Assembly (NCBI GenBank): GCA_025360325.1 | Contig: JANYCI010000340.1 | Location: forward strand, 1-44,885 | DNA: 44,885 bases | Reading direction: 5' to 3' | Origin: Limisphaerales bacterium | GTDB lineage: Bacteria; Verrucomicrobiota; Verrucomicrobiia; Limisphaerales; UBA11358 | Shown: one piece after another, positions 27,147 to 37,075 of the stretch | Position numbering within the stretch: position 1 is the stretch's first letter | How the letters are laid out: the number at the start of each line of letters is the position of its first letter | The notes under the pieces: generated by a model | Databases searched by the model: none | Seen by the model: the letters and a program-made list of their open reading frames with translations, nothing else | What the model was told of the DNA's origin: nothing | Translations under genes and position numbers: made by a program

Positions 27147-27731
27147 TCACATTTTCAAATGAGTCTCGACGGCGACACAAATTTTTTGCAGGCAGGCGGC
27201 GATGGAATCACGGTCGGTGTGGAGGTCAAGTTCAGGCTTGAGCGGGGCTTCGTAGGGCGAGCTGATGCCGGTAAATTCTTGGATTTGATTCGCGCGGGCT
27301 TTTTTGTAAAGACCTTTCACGTCGCGCAATTCGCAAATGGCGAGCGGGGCGTTGACGAAAACTTCGACGAATTTTCCCGGCGGCAGTGCGGCGCGGATGT
27401 CGTCGCGCTCCTTGCGAAATGGCGAGATGAAGGCGGCAAGCACGATGAAACCCGCATCGGCGAGCACGCGGGCGACCTCCCCGGCGCGGCGGATATTTTC
27501 GTGACGGTCGGCGGCAGAGAAGCCGAGGTCGCGGCACAGCCCGGTGCGGAGAATGTCGCCGTCGAGCAGATAGACGAGTTTGCCGGATTCAAAAAGTTTG
27601 CGCTCCATCGCGGCGGAGAGCGTGGTTTTACCGGCGCCGCTCAAGCCGGTGAACCAGACGATGAGTCCGATGTGGCCGTGGCGCACGGCGCGTTCGGCGG
27701 CGGTGATGGGAGGTTGAATCATGGGCAGCAT
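27147..27731 (-). CDS. cysC: Adenylyl-sulfate kinase
   Basis: VWFTGLSGAGKTT, LLDGDILR.GL..DLGFS..DR.ENIRR, RDVKGLYKKA, FTGISSPYEAP. Start 27731 or 27722. Confidence 0.96.
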   Translation of the reverse strand: MLPMIQPPITAAERAVRHGHIGLIVWFTGLSGAGKTTLSAAMERKLFESGKLVYLLDGDILRTGLCRDLGFSAADRHENIRRAGEVARVLADAGFIVLAAFISPFRKERDDIRAALPPGKFVEVFVNAPLAICELRDVKGLYKKARANQIQEFTGISSPYEAPLKPELDLHTDRDSIAACLQKICVAVETHLKM

Positions 27732-27777
27732 ATGGCGGTGAACAATGACATTGGCGCATTCGTTGTGCGGGACACCA

Positions 27778-27866
27778 AGGTGGGGCGCGTCACTCCGTGC
27801 GCGCCGCCGACTGGAATAAAAGCGTTCTGGTTCACGACGGCGCGCACGGCGCGACGCGCCCCGCCT
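27778..27866. repeat. REP-like inverted pair (GTGG-type), intergenic
   Basis: aggtggggcgcgtcactccgtgcgcgccg (27778-27806) vs cggcgcgcacggcgcgacgcgccccgcct (27838-27866): 29-nt IR with 3 mismatches; each arm is self-palindromic. Confidence 0.8.
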
Positions 27867-27909
27867 GTCTCGCCGTTGCCAAGGTTGCTGTGATTTTTCA
27901 TACTCTTGG

Positions 27910-29973
27910 TCAGGCGGCGCGGATCACGATGGGTAGCGATTGTTTGTATTTCCAATGGATGCCGCACGCGGGAAAATTTCCCCCGCAGATTTTAATTTTT
28001 CCCAACCCGGCTTTTTTACATTCCGCGATGATGCCGACCTCGCTGAACGTCCGCATTTCGAGCGTGCTGCCCAGGCCGCCGTGAAACACCAAGTGGTCGA
28101 AGCTTTGCGCGCGACCGTCGCGCGTGCGGTTGTGCAGCACGAGCACAGTGTCTTGCTCGACGATTTTCCACTCATGCAATTCAGGAAAATGTTCCCGCGT
28201 CGCCTCGGCCTTGTCATACGGCACGGTGAAGACCACGAAGCCGCCGGGCTTGAGCAGCAGCCGGAGATTTTCAAATGCGACGGAGATCGGCGGCGGCACA
28301 TGTTCAAAAACATCCGACGTGATGATGAAATCCAGCGTGTGTTCCAGCTCCGCCGGAATTGCCGTGATGTCGAGGTGCGGTTCCTGATGATAGTAAGTGT
28401 TGGTGTAATTGAATTTCTCCGCCAGCGGAACCGCGTAGCCATCCCAATCCGTCATGCCAATGCCGGCAATGTTTTTTCGCACAGGAAAATCCGGGAGCGC
28501 AAGGCTCTCGCCAAACAGTTCCATCGAAAGCGCGTGAATGACCGACCGCCAGCGCAGCGTGGAACCGCAGGCCGTGCAGGAACGGCTTTCGCGGTCCAAT
28601 TTTTCAATCCGCATCGGCGAGGTTTTCCCGCAGATGTTGCAGCGAAAGGACACGAGGTCGTCAGGCGTCTCCGGTTTCGCCGGTTCCGTGACGGAGCGAG
28701 CGATTGTGATCGGCGGCAACGGTGCTTTGATGCCCACAAAAATATCCCGCGAACCGAACATCAGACCGTGCTGCTTGGCGTCGAGCATCCGAATCTCGGC
28801 GAATCCGCCTTTTTGCTCCATGAGATTCCAAACCCACGCGCGGTCAATGGTGACGGGAAGTTTTCCTTTGTATTGTTCCTCGGCCGTATAACCCATTTCC
28901 AAAAAACAAATTTGCTTCGTCTTCGCAAAGAGCCATTCCAAACATTGCACGCCGCGCTCCACGCTCGTCTGAATCATCAGCCATTGAAACACGGCGAAGG
29001 CCGAGGTCACGTCAAACTTCCGCTCCTGCGTGTCGCGCAAATAATCGTAAGCGTCGGCGGCGATGAAATTATTATTCTCCTTGCGGACAAACGTATCGAG
29101 CAATTGGGCGACGGCAATGTCCGGTGCGACCACATCCACGCCCTCCGCCGTGAAGCCCAGTTCGTGCCGCGCGAAATGGCAGAAGTAACCTGTGTTACAG
29201 CCCACGTCGAGATAGGTGACATTGTCCGCCACGCGGTTGCCACGCACGTCGCGCTCCGCAATGATTTTCGCCATCAGTTGCGTGCGCAGCAATGAGTCGG
29301 GACGCAGCACGCGCCAGTCTTTGCACTCTTCAATTTCTACCGGCTGATAAATCGTTTTTTCACCCGGATATGGCGCCTGCCCCTCCAGCCGCTCAACAAT
29401 TTCCAGCCGTCCAGCTTTCATCATCTCCGTCTCACATTCCGCGCAGAGCGAAACGGTTGCGGCATCGCCCGGCCACCATTTGAACGGCGTCTCGGCGGAA
29501 AGCCCGCGCAAGACCAGATAGCCCGTGGCCGCCGCGCGCTGGCAACGCTGGCAATTCATTGTGAGCGCGGTTTCAACCGCATCGGAATTTTTCAGTTGCA
29601 GTTGTTGCGCCGGTGAAATTTGCACCAGCACCACATCCAGTCCGCGCCGCGAAGCGTGCGTCCAGTAAGGCGCAATCTCGGAGCCGAAATAATGCGCCTC
29701 GTCAAACGCCACGAGCGTGCCGGGCGACGTCTGCTCCAGCACAGCGGCACACTCCGCCGTGGTCACGAAATGATTCAGCGCGCAGGTCAGCCCCTGCTGT
29801 CGGCAGCCGAGCAGGCGCAGGACGCGATAATTTTTATTCACAAACAGAACCGGCGCCTCGCTGCACGCAAACGTCAGCACCGGACGGCCCGCGCGTGTCG
29901 CCGCGTTGACCATCTCAATGAGCCGCGCGGATTTGCCCGCGCCCGGCAACCCGGTGAGAATCGTCAGTGACAT
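27910..29973 (-). CDS. Fusion: thymidine-kinase-like P-loop domain + two class I SAM methyltransferase-like domains
   Basis: GLPGAGKS, AFDEAHYF, CQRC...CAEC; YLDVGCNTGYF...GVDV...FDVTSAFAVF; CNICG...CTACGS...LDFIITSDVFEHV...LLKPGG. Confidence 0.75.
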   Translation of the reverse strand: MSLTILTGLPGAGKSARLIEMVNAATRAGRPVLTFACSEAPVLFVNKNYRVLRLLGCRQQGLTCALNHFVTTAECAAVLEQTSPGTLVAFDEAHYFGSEIAPYWTHASRRGLDVVLVQISPAQQLQLKNSDAVETALTMNCQRCQRAAATGYLVLRGLSAETPFKWWPGDAATVSLCAECETEMMKAGRLEIVERLEGQAPYPGEKTIYQPVEIEECKDWRVLRPDSLLRTQLMAKIIAERDVRGNRVADNVTYLDVGCNTGYFCHFARHELGFTAEGVDVVAPDIAVAQLLDTFVRKENNNFIAADAYDYLRDTQERKFDVTSAFAVFQWLMIQTSVERGVQCLEWLFAKTKQICFLEMGYTAEEQYKGKLPVTIDRAWVWNLMEQKGGFAEIRMLDAKQHGLMFGSRDIFVGIKAPLPPITIARSVTEPAKPETPDDLVSFRCNICGKTSPMRIEKLDRESRSCTACGSTLRWRSVIHALSMELFGESLALPDFPVRKNIAGIGMTDWDGYAVPLAEKFNYTNTYYHQEPHLDITAIPAELEHTLDFIITSDVFEHVPPPISVAFENLRLLLKPGGFVVFTVPYDKAEATREHFPELHEWKIVEQDTVLVLHNRTRDGRAQSFDHLVFHGGLGSTLEMRTFSEVGIIAECKKAGLGKIKICGGNFPACGIHWKYKQSLPIVIRAA

Positions 29974-30006
29974 AGGCGTGGTTGGGCGGTCATGGTTGCG
30001 AGGCGC

Positions 30007-30110
30007 GTAGCGGGACAGGCGTCCCGGCTGTCGCGTTTCAAATCTGGCTTAAAAAAGAATTTTCGGCCGGTCAAACCGCGACTAGACAGGCGAGACACCT
30101 GTCCCACTAC
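30007..30110. repeat. REP-like inverted pair (GTAG-type), intergenic
   Basis: gtagcgggacaggcgtcccggctgtc (30007-30032) ... gacaggcgagacacctgtcccactac (30085-30110). Confidence 0.85.
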
Positions 30111-30148
30111 TGTTAGTAAAAGCCCATTTCGGAGTTTAGCTTTGGCAA

Positions 30149-33100
30149 TCATTTTTTCGCTGCGGATTTTTGGCGACGCCGTGAACGGGCAGATTTTGCA
30201 GATTGAGCCAGCGCCCGCCTCGTCGCTTCGAGATACGCGCGGCCAAATTTTTCATCCGGCTCCAGATGCGTGCCTTCGGCCCACTCATTCCACGCGTTGA
30301 GAAAAACCACGCGCTCGCCCGCAGGCCGCGACCGCGCACGGGCGATGGCCTCGCGCAGCCATTGTTCGTAGGCGGCGGGCGTGGAATTGTGGAGCACCAC
30401 GGCCTCGTCGCCGCGCCGCGCGGAATTATCCCACGCCGGACAAACAGTTTCGTAACGTGGGTATTTCACCGGCGCAGGATTCGCCAGCACCCGCCACGCT
30501 TTTTGATAATCGAACACACGGAGTTTTTCTTTGCCCGGAATTTTGATTTCCGCGCCGGAGTTGAACAGTGTCGTGAACTGCGGCGCGAACAAAATTTTCG
30601 CGTCGAAGCCAACCTGCGTCGCGTCCCAGCCCGCGTCCCAGCCGGTCTCGACACTCATCAGATAAATTCCCGGCAGCCCCGCCGCCGCGACTTCGCGCCG
30701 CCATGTCGCGATGGTGCGCGCCGGATCGGGCAGTTCGCGGCCTTGATACACGATGAACACCGGTTTGTCCGCGATGCGGATCGCGCGTTTGTCTGCGAAC
30801 ACCGGCAGCAGCCAGCGGATGTGATTTACGTCGTCTTCCGGCGAATACATCTGCGGCTGCAAAATATTTTGCGCCTGCCCGTCCCAGCGCCGCGACCACG
30901 GCTCATTCGCCCAGCACAAACAAAACGGAAAATCCGGCTGCCCGCTCGCGAGAATTTCATTCACCGGTTTTTCCAAAAGCCGTTTGCCGCCGAACCAGTA
31001 ATGGTAGTAGCAAAACCCGTGGACGCCGTGCGCGCGCGCAAGTTCGGCCTGCGCCGCGCGGGCGCGGGCGTCGCGTAAATCATAGTAGCCGAGTTCGCCC
31101 GGAACCTGCGGCTGATGATGGCCGGCGAACGCGGGCTTGGCGCGGCGCACGTTCGTCCACTCGGTGAAACCTTCGCCCCACCACGCGTCATTTTCGGGAA
31201 TCTGATGGAACTGCGGCAGATGAAACGCTATAAGCTTCACCGCGTCGTCGGCAGACGTGAGAGAAATTTTCTTCGCGCCGCGCAGATCAAAAATAACACC
31301 CGCTGATTCGCTGCGGAAAATTTCTTGGCCGCTGACCGCCAAGTGCGTGGCGAAATCTTTGTAATGTTCCAGCCACCACAGCGCCGTCGCGGGCAGCGCG
31401 AAAAATTCCGCGCCGCGCTTCCGCAATTTTTCCAGTTGCGCGATGGCCGCCTTGCTGTCCGCCGGATGATGCCCCGCATAAATGCCGTCCTTCGTCTGCG
31501 GAAAATGCAGGCCACTGCGCGCGGGAATCCGCAGCAACTCCTCGTCGCCACGGCTCACAACCACCACTTTGCCTCCGGTGTGCGTGGCGTTTTCCACCGC
31601 GCCCACGAACGCCGCAACGAGCCGCGAGTAGGCGAGGTGCGGCAGTTTGCCCGGCTTGATTTCACCCGCATCCGGCGTGAGCAATGTGCGCTTCGCTGGC
31701 TTCGCCAGCACCTGCGCCACGACTTGCGCGAGGCTTTCGCGCGCCGTCTCGCGTCCGTGCAAACCGACGATGTGCTCGCGTCCCGCCTGCGCCATGCGCG
31801 TCCACAGTTCGTCATCTTCGAGCAACTGAGTGATGCGCTGCGCAAAAAGATTCGCGTTGTCCGCCACGAAAATTTCCCGTCCGTCTTGCAAGCCAAAACC
31901 CTCCGCACCGATGCTGGTCGAGACCGTCGGCGTGGCGAGCATGAGCGCCTGCAACGCTTTTCGCTTCGTGCCCGCCCCAAATAAAAGCGGGATCACCGTT
32001 GCCCGCGCGTGGCAGATATACGGCTCAACCGTCGGCGTCCAGCCAACCATTCGCACGCTTGGCAGATTTTTTCCGAACGCGCGCACCGTATCGTCGAGTC
32101 CGTCGCCGATGATGTGAACCGCATGCCGCGCGAGCAACTCCGGTTTCACGCGTGGCAAAATTTCCCGGCACAAAAATTCCACCGCGCCCACGTTCGGCAC
32201 ATGGCGGAAACAGCCGACGAACACCAGCCCGCGCCGTTCACTCAACGGCACGGGCGAGACTGGCAAGTCCTCGTTGTCCGGCACGGGATGCGCGAGCGCG
32301 GCGTCGGCGCAAAGGTCGTTGATGAGATTGGATTCCTTCGGCGACACCGTCAGCACCGCGTCCGCCGCCGCGTAGGTGTTCAGCTCGCGCATCATCTCCG
32401 AGGCGTAATTTGTGTCGAGCAACTTGCCGTCGCCGCCCAGAAAAGTTCCGCGCGCGAGCCGCAAAAAATGCAGATCAATCGAATCCACCACGATGCGCGT
32501 GCGCGGCGACAACGTGCGCAGCGTCGACACGAACGGCTCTGCGACGTGCCACAGCCCGAACACCGCCAGATCAAAATCGCCGCCCGCGATCAGTTCTTTC
32601 ATCCAGCGGCCCGCGCCCGCGAACACCGCGATGCCGCGCCGTTCCAAAATCTGCGCGTAACGCAGCTCGAAATTTTCGTGGTGCGAAACGAACGTCACCG
32701 CCCAGCCGGCCTCCTGCAAAAAAACAATCGTGTCGAATACGCGCCGCGAGCCGCTGTCGCGGTCGCACTCCGGCATCAGCGCGCAGACCAGCACGCGGCG
32801 TTGCGCCGGGTCGCGCACGGACAACGACAGCCGCGCGGCGAAATCTTCGCGGTGCGGACGCGGCGATTGTTTCGTCAGTTCCGTGCGCCACCGCGCGAGA
32901 AATTTTCCGTGGTTCACGACCTGGTAGCGCTTCATCCCCTTGGCCGTATCCAGCCCCGCCGTGCCGCCCTCGCGATGCACCACCGCGCTCTCCGGTTGAA
33001 AATAAACTTTGCGCCCGGCGGCGCGCACGCGGAAACAGTAGTCCGTGTCCTCGTAATAACCCGGGCGAAATTCCGTGTCAAAGCCGCCGAGCTTCTCAAA

Positions 33101-34492
33101 AAATTTGCGCGGCGTGGCGAACAATGCGCCGGAACAATAATCCGTCTCGCGCAGAAAGTTGAACAGCGGCGCGGTCAAATCCCCATCCGTGCGTCCGTAA
33201 TTCATCGCCGAGCCGTCGCGGAACACCACGCCGCCTGCCTCCTGAAACGTGCCGTCGGGGAAAATCAATTTGCCGCCGACCACGCCCGCATCCGCGCGTT
33301 CGCGGAACACGCGCAGCAACGGTTCGAGCCAGCCGGGCAACAGCGCGAGGTCGTTGTTGAGGAAGACCAGAATTTCACCGGTGGCCTGCGCCGCGCCGAA
33401 ATTGCAGGTGTCCACGAAGCCAAGATTTTTTTTGTTGCGGAAATTTTTCACGCGCGCGTCGCATCGCGCCCAGCGTTTGAGCATCGCCGCCGTGCCGTCC
33501 GTCGCGCAGTCGTCCACCACGATGACCTCAATGGCAAGGCGGCGCGGCAACGTTTCAAGCAGTGAGCGCAAACAGGCTTCAGTCATCGCCGCGCCGTTAT
33601 AGCACGGCATCACGATTGACACGCTCGTCTGCTTCGCGCTGGAAAAATCTGGTCGCCACTCAACCGCGAGCGTTTTCTTTTTCGCGTCCACCCGCACGAC
33701 CGCCGCGCTCGCCACGCGCCGCGCTTCGGCAAGATTCGTTTTTTGATTTGCCTCCACGACGACGATGTCGGCGGTGCGGTCCAGATACGGCAAAGAATTT
33801 TTCTCCGCCGTCGGTTGAAAAATCGTGAGCTGCGGAAAACTTTTTTTCAGGTCGCCGCCGGTCTGCCAGTCGAGAATCACCGGGTCGCGTTCGCAGCGCG
33901 CTTGAAACTCCGCGATGATTTCCGCGAACTTCGCCGTGAGATTTTTTGCGTCAGCTTTGGGCTTTTGCGTGAGCGACCAGATGGTTGCCGTGTCGCGCGC
34001 GTTCGCGATGAGGCGATAGCGTTCCTCCAAGTGACGGTGAAAACCAGCGTAGTGATCGAGCCACCAGAGCGACGGCTGCGGCAGCACGAAAAAATCCGCG
34101 CCCGCCGCGCGCCACGCTTCAAGCTGCGCGATGGCCGCAAGGTCGCCGCCGGGATGATAGCCGAGATATTCGCCGGAGCGACTGCGGGGGAAATGCCACG
34201 ACGTTTTGCAATGCTGTTGCAGCAATGCGGCGTCGCCCTTGGTAACGATGAGCGCGGTGGCGCGGCGCGGGATTTTTTTGGCGACGAGCGCGTGGACGCG
34301 CTTGAGCAGCGCACGGTGCGCGAGGACTTCCGGCGGCACGGCTTCCTTGGCCGACTGCGCCGCGTGCCGGACGCGCAACGCGTCGAGCCGCGCCGATTCG
34401 CGCTGCAACGCCTTTTCCTGTCGCGCCACGAGCGCGGCCAGCCGGGCGGCGGTCATTGTCTGCTTCTGATTTTTTTGCACTTTTGCTTTCAC
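30149..34492 (-). CDS. Multidomain glyco-enzyme: unnamed module + GT2 + GT4 + unnamed module + WbsX/GH99-like domain
   Basis: VSIVMPCYN...VVDD...VFLNND...YYEDTD (GT2); DRDSGS...VFVGCFRHVPN...GAGTKRK (GT4-like); LIAFHLPQFH.IPEND.WWG.GFTEW...NAWNEWAEGTHLEPD (WbsX/GH99-like). Confidence 0.88.
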   Translation of the reverse strand: MKAKVQKNQKQTMTAARLAALVARQEKALQRESARLDALRVRHAAQSAKEAVPPEVLAHRALLKRVHALVAKKIPRRATALIVTKGDAALLQQHCKTSWHFPRSRSGEYLGYHPGGDLAAIAQLEAWRAAGADFFVLPQPSLWWLDHYAGFHRHLEERYRLIANARDTATIWSLTQKPKADAKNLTAKFAEIIAEFQARCERDPVILDWQTGGDLKKSFPQLTIFQPTAEKNSLPYLDRTADIVVVEANQKTNLAEARRVASAAVVRVDAKKKTLAVEWRPDFSSAKQTSVSIVMPCYNGAAMTEACLRSLLETLPRRLAIEVIVVDDCATDGTAAMLKRWARCDARVKNFRNKKNLGFVDTCNFGAAQATGEILVFLNNDLALLPGWLEPLLRVFRERADAGVVGGKLIFPDGTFQEAGGVVFRDGSAMNYGRTDGDLTAPLFNFLRETDYCSGALFATPRKFFEKLGGFDTEFRPGYYEDTDYCFRVRAAGRKVYFQPESAVVHREGGTAGLDTAKGMKRYQVVNHGKFLARWRTELTKQSPRPHREDFAARLSLSVRDPAQRRVLVCALMPECDRDSGSRRVFDTIVFLQEAGWAVTFVSHHENFELRYAQILERRGIAVFAGAGRWMKELIAGGDFDLAVFGLWHVAEPFVSTLRTLSPRTRIVVDSIDLHFLRLARGTFLGGDGKLLDTNYASEMMRELNTYAAADAVLTVSPKESNLINDLCADAALAHPVPDNEDLPVSPVPLSERRGLVFVGCFRHVPNVGAVEFLCREILPRVKPELLARHAVHIIGDGLDDTVRAFGKNLPSVRMVGWTPTVEPYICHARATVIPLLFGAGTKRKALQALMLATPTVSTSIGAEGFGLQDGREIFVADNANLFAQRITQLLEDDELWTRMAQAGREHIVGLHGRETARESLAQVVAQVLAKPAKRTLLTPDAGEIKPGKLPHLAYSRLVAAFVGAVENATHTGGKVVVVSRGDEELLRIPARSGLHFPQTKDGIYAGHHPADSKAAIAQLEKLRKRGAEFFALPATALWWLEHYKDFATHLAVSGQEIFRSESAGVIFDLRGAKKISLTSADDAVKLIAFHLPQFHQIPENDAWWGEGFTEWTNVRRAKPAFAGHHQPQVPGELGYYDLRDARARAAQAELARAHGVHGFCYYHYWFGGKRLLEKPVNEILASGQPDFPFCLCWANEPWSRRWDGQAQNILQPQMYSPEDDVNHIRWLLPVFADKRAIRIADKPVFIVYQGRELPDPARTIATWRREVAAAGLPGIYLMSVETGWDAGWDATQVGFDAKILFAPQFTTLFNSGAEIKIPGKEKLRVFDYQKAWRVLANPAPVKYPRYETVCPAWDNSARRGDEAVVLHNSTPAAYEQWLREAIARARSRPAGERVVFLNAWNEWAEGTHLEPDEKFGRAYLEATRRALAQSAKSARSRRRQKSAAKK

Positions 34493-34530
34493 AAATCAAA
34501 CCGTTTTTCTCACCGGCTCGCAAGCCGGTG

Positions 34531-35772
34531 TTATTTTCTGGTCACGTCAAAAATCATTCCCAAATGAGGGTTTTCCGCGACGGGCGGCGACCGGCGCAAT
34601 TCGTCGGCAAAGCGCGGATAAATTTCCAGCCACCACCGCGCACTGTGCGGCACCGCGAGAAATTGCGCGCCGTGGTTGCACGCGGTTTCCAGTTGCGTCA
34701 GCGCCTCGGCGTCGTCGGCTGGATGAAACCCGGCGTAACGGCTCTGCGCGTCGCGGGGAAAATGTTCCGGCGCGCGCGCGGTGAACTTCAAAAGATTGTC
34801 GTCGCCCTTGCTCACGACGGCCACGCGCGCGCCCGGCGGAGTGTTTTTCTGCACGAACCCATTCCATTGCGGCACGAATAATTCATAGGCCAGCGCATCG
34901 AGATCGAGTTGCTTGGCGGTGGTCAAATTGCCAGCCAACATTTTCGGCGCATCGGCAAAGCCCGCTTCACCGCATAACTGCGCGTAGAGATTGATGATTT
35001 CCGGCGCGACGGAAATGTTCGTGAGTTGTTCGCCCGTGAACCGCGTGTGCCGCAATTCCGGCTTGGTCGTGGCGGCGATCTTGTTTGTCTCGACTTCAGA
35101 AATTTTCAGCCCGCAAAAATCTGCGAGCCGCAGCAGCGTCGCGGCTGGCTGCGTGAAAAAATGTTCGTAGTGAACCACGAGGCGTTGCGAACGCGGCACA
35201 TCCGCGAGCAAGCGTTCGTTGTAAACACGCCACAATTTCAAGCCCAGCGCATACGACATCAGCCCGCGCCGCCGCAGCGAAAGTGCCACCTCCAGCGGAT
35301 GCCGCACGCAGACCACCACGCGCGCATCTGGCGCCAACGCGAGCCAGAACGGCAGCAGCAAACTCGCACGCGGGTCTTTCCAGCCCCACGGCGCAGTGGG
35401 ACAGGCGTCCCGCCTGTCCAGTTTCGGCTGTGCCGACGTTGACTGACCTGCGTGACTTGACAGGCGGGACGCCTGTCCCACTAGCTGTGCGTGAATTTCC
35501 TTTCCACGTTCACGCAATGCGGAAAACTTTTCCGCCCAACGCGCAGGAAATTCCGGCACGTTGTCCCAACCGCCGCCGAGTTCGTTGAGCAACGCGTCGT
35601 TCACTTCCGTGACCGCGATGTTTTCCCAGTGACCGTCAGGATTGTCCGGCGTCGCGCCGTGAAGTTCATTTTCTTCGCCCAGCCAAAGCCCGCACTGCCG
35701 CAGCAGATTTGCCGTGAGCGACGTGCCGGAGCGGTGCATCCCCGTGACGATGATGGGCGCGCGTTCAGCCAT
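34531..35772 (-). CDS. Sulfotransferase-family protein with C-terminal unnamed module
   Basis: IIVTGMHRSGTS (PAPS-binding loop), NPDGHWE, WGWKDPR, VRHPLEVALSL. Confidence 0.88.
   Translation of the reverse strand: MAERAPIIVTGMHRSGTSLTANLLRQCGLWLGEENELHGATPDNPDGHWENIAVTEVNDALLNELGGGWDNVPEFPARWAEKFSALRERGKEIHAQLVGQASRLSSHAGQSTSAQPKLDRRDACPTAPWGWKDPRASLLLPFWLALAPDARVVVCVRHPLEVALSLRRRGLMSYALGLKLWRVYNERLLADVPRSQRLVVHYEHFFTQPAATLLRLADFCGLKISEVETNKIAATTKPELRHTRFTGEQLTNISVAPEIINLYAQLCGEAGFADAPKMLAGNLTTAKQLDLDALAYELFVPQWNGFVQKNTPPGARVAVVSKGDDNLLKFTARAPEHFPRDAQSRYAGFHPADDAEALTQLETACNHGAQFLAVPHSARWWLEIYPRFADELRRSPPVAENPHLGMIFDVTRK
35393..35484. repeat. REP-like inverted pair inserted in-frame in the sulfotransferase gene
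   Basis: Perfect 24-nt IR agtgggacaggcgtcccgcctgtc (35395-35418) / gacaggcgggacgcctgtcccact (35459-35482); same family as 30007-30110. Confidence 0.88.
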
Positions 35773-37075
35773 GCAGTTTGTAAATGTTGCCCGAATTTTT
35801 GTCCGCCGCCACCAGCCGCGCGTTGCGTTTCAAGAATGTTGCGAACTCCCGGTAATGCTTCAGCCACCACAACGCCGCCTGTGGAATCACGAGATGATCT
35901 GCTTGCGGCAACAGTTTTTTCAGCGCCACCACCGCCGCCTTTCCGTCCGCCGGATAAAAGCCCGCATAACTGCCCGTCACCGACTGCGGAAAATGTTTCG
36001 CCGCGCGCCCGCCGAGTTCCAGCAGTGCATTGTCGCCCTTGCTCACGACCAAAATTTTTGCACCGCGCGGAACGGCCCGGCGAACCAGCTTGCGGAGACG
36101 GGCGCGCATCAAATCATATTCCAGCGCGGGCGAGGCCGTGGCCGCGCCGCCGAGTTCGGCGATGAGTTTCGTGACTTCACGCGTCAGCCCGGCAAGCTGG
36201 CGGTTTTTCGCGGCATAACTTTTTTCCAGCGCGTCTTTGCGCCCGGCGTCCACGACGGCGAGTTCCGGCGAAACTTTCAGGTGCAGCGGAAACTGTCCTT
36301 CATAGTTCAGCTCCAGCAATCCGTCAGCGAGAAAAAATCTCAAATCGTCCGGCTGGACTTTCGCGAACCAACGCTGCCGGTAGCGCGCGACGTTGTGTTT
36401 ATCATGCTGGAACCGTCCGGGCGCGACCGACTCAAAATGTTTCACCACGCTCTCGGCGCAGTAATGAATTTCGTGTCCGCGCTCGCCGAGGCGCAAGCAG
36501 AAATCCACGTCCTCAAAACCGTTCTTAAACTTCGTGTCAAAGCCGTGCGCGGCGATGAAAACTTTTCGACGAACGAGCATCGCGGCGCCGGTCACGATTT
36601 GAAAACGGCGCGACTGATTGACTGCGGGATGATTGGCGGGAAATCCGGTGTAGATGTGGCGCGGGTATTTGTCCTGACAAATAATCACACCCGCGTGCTG
36701 GACGGTTTGATTCGGGTAGAGCAGTTTGCTACCGATGGCGGCGGATTGGGGATTTTTCTTTGCGCAATTTTCCAGCGCCCGCAACCAGCCCGGCTGCGGA
36801 ATCGTGTCGTTGTTGAGGAACACGAGGAACTCCGTGCGCGCGGCCTTCGCGCCGTCGTTGCAGGTTTTGGCGAACCCACAGTTTTTCTTGTGCGCGATGA
36901 CTTTGATTTTGTCGCCGAACTGCGCGAGCATTTTCAGCGTGCCGTCGGACGAGGCGTCGTCCACCACGATGATTTTGCAACCGCCGATTCGCAGCACGGC
37001 GTCGAGGCACTGCTGCGTGAGCGCGGCGTTGTTGAATGCCGGAATGACGACGGTGGATTGCAGAGCGCTACGCAT
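35765..37075 (-). CDS. GT2 glycosyltransferase with C-terminal unnamed module
   Basis: VVIPAFN, IIVVDDASSDGT, LVFLNNDT, VTGAAML, GFEDVDFCLR. Confidence 0.9.
   Translation of the reverse strand: MRSALQSTVVIPAFNNAALTQQCLDAVLRIGGCKIIVVDDASSDGTLKMLAQFGDKIKVIAHKKNCGFAKTCNDGAKAARTEFLVFLNNDTIPQPGWLRALENCAKKNPQSAAIGSKLLYPNQTVQHAGVIICQDKYPRHIYTGFPANHPAVNQSRRFQIVTGAAMLVRRKVFIAAHGFDTKFKNGFEDVDFCLRLGERGHEIHYCAESVVKHFESVAPGRFQHDKHNVARYRQRWFAKVQPDDLRFFLADGLLELNYEGQFPLHLKVSPELAVVDAGRKDALEKSYAAKNRQLAGLTREVTKLIAELGGAATASPALEYDLMRARLRKLVRRAVPRGAKILVVSKGDNALLELGGRAAKHFPQSVTGSYAGFYPADGKAAVVALKKLLPQADHLVIPQAALWWLKHYREFATFLKRNARLVAADKNSGNIYKLHG

Noticed and set aside
27719-30152. Short ORFs 27719-27967 and 29964-30152
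   Set aside because: Translations of intergenic REP pairs that overlap real genes; no independent coding evidence.
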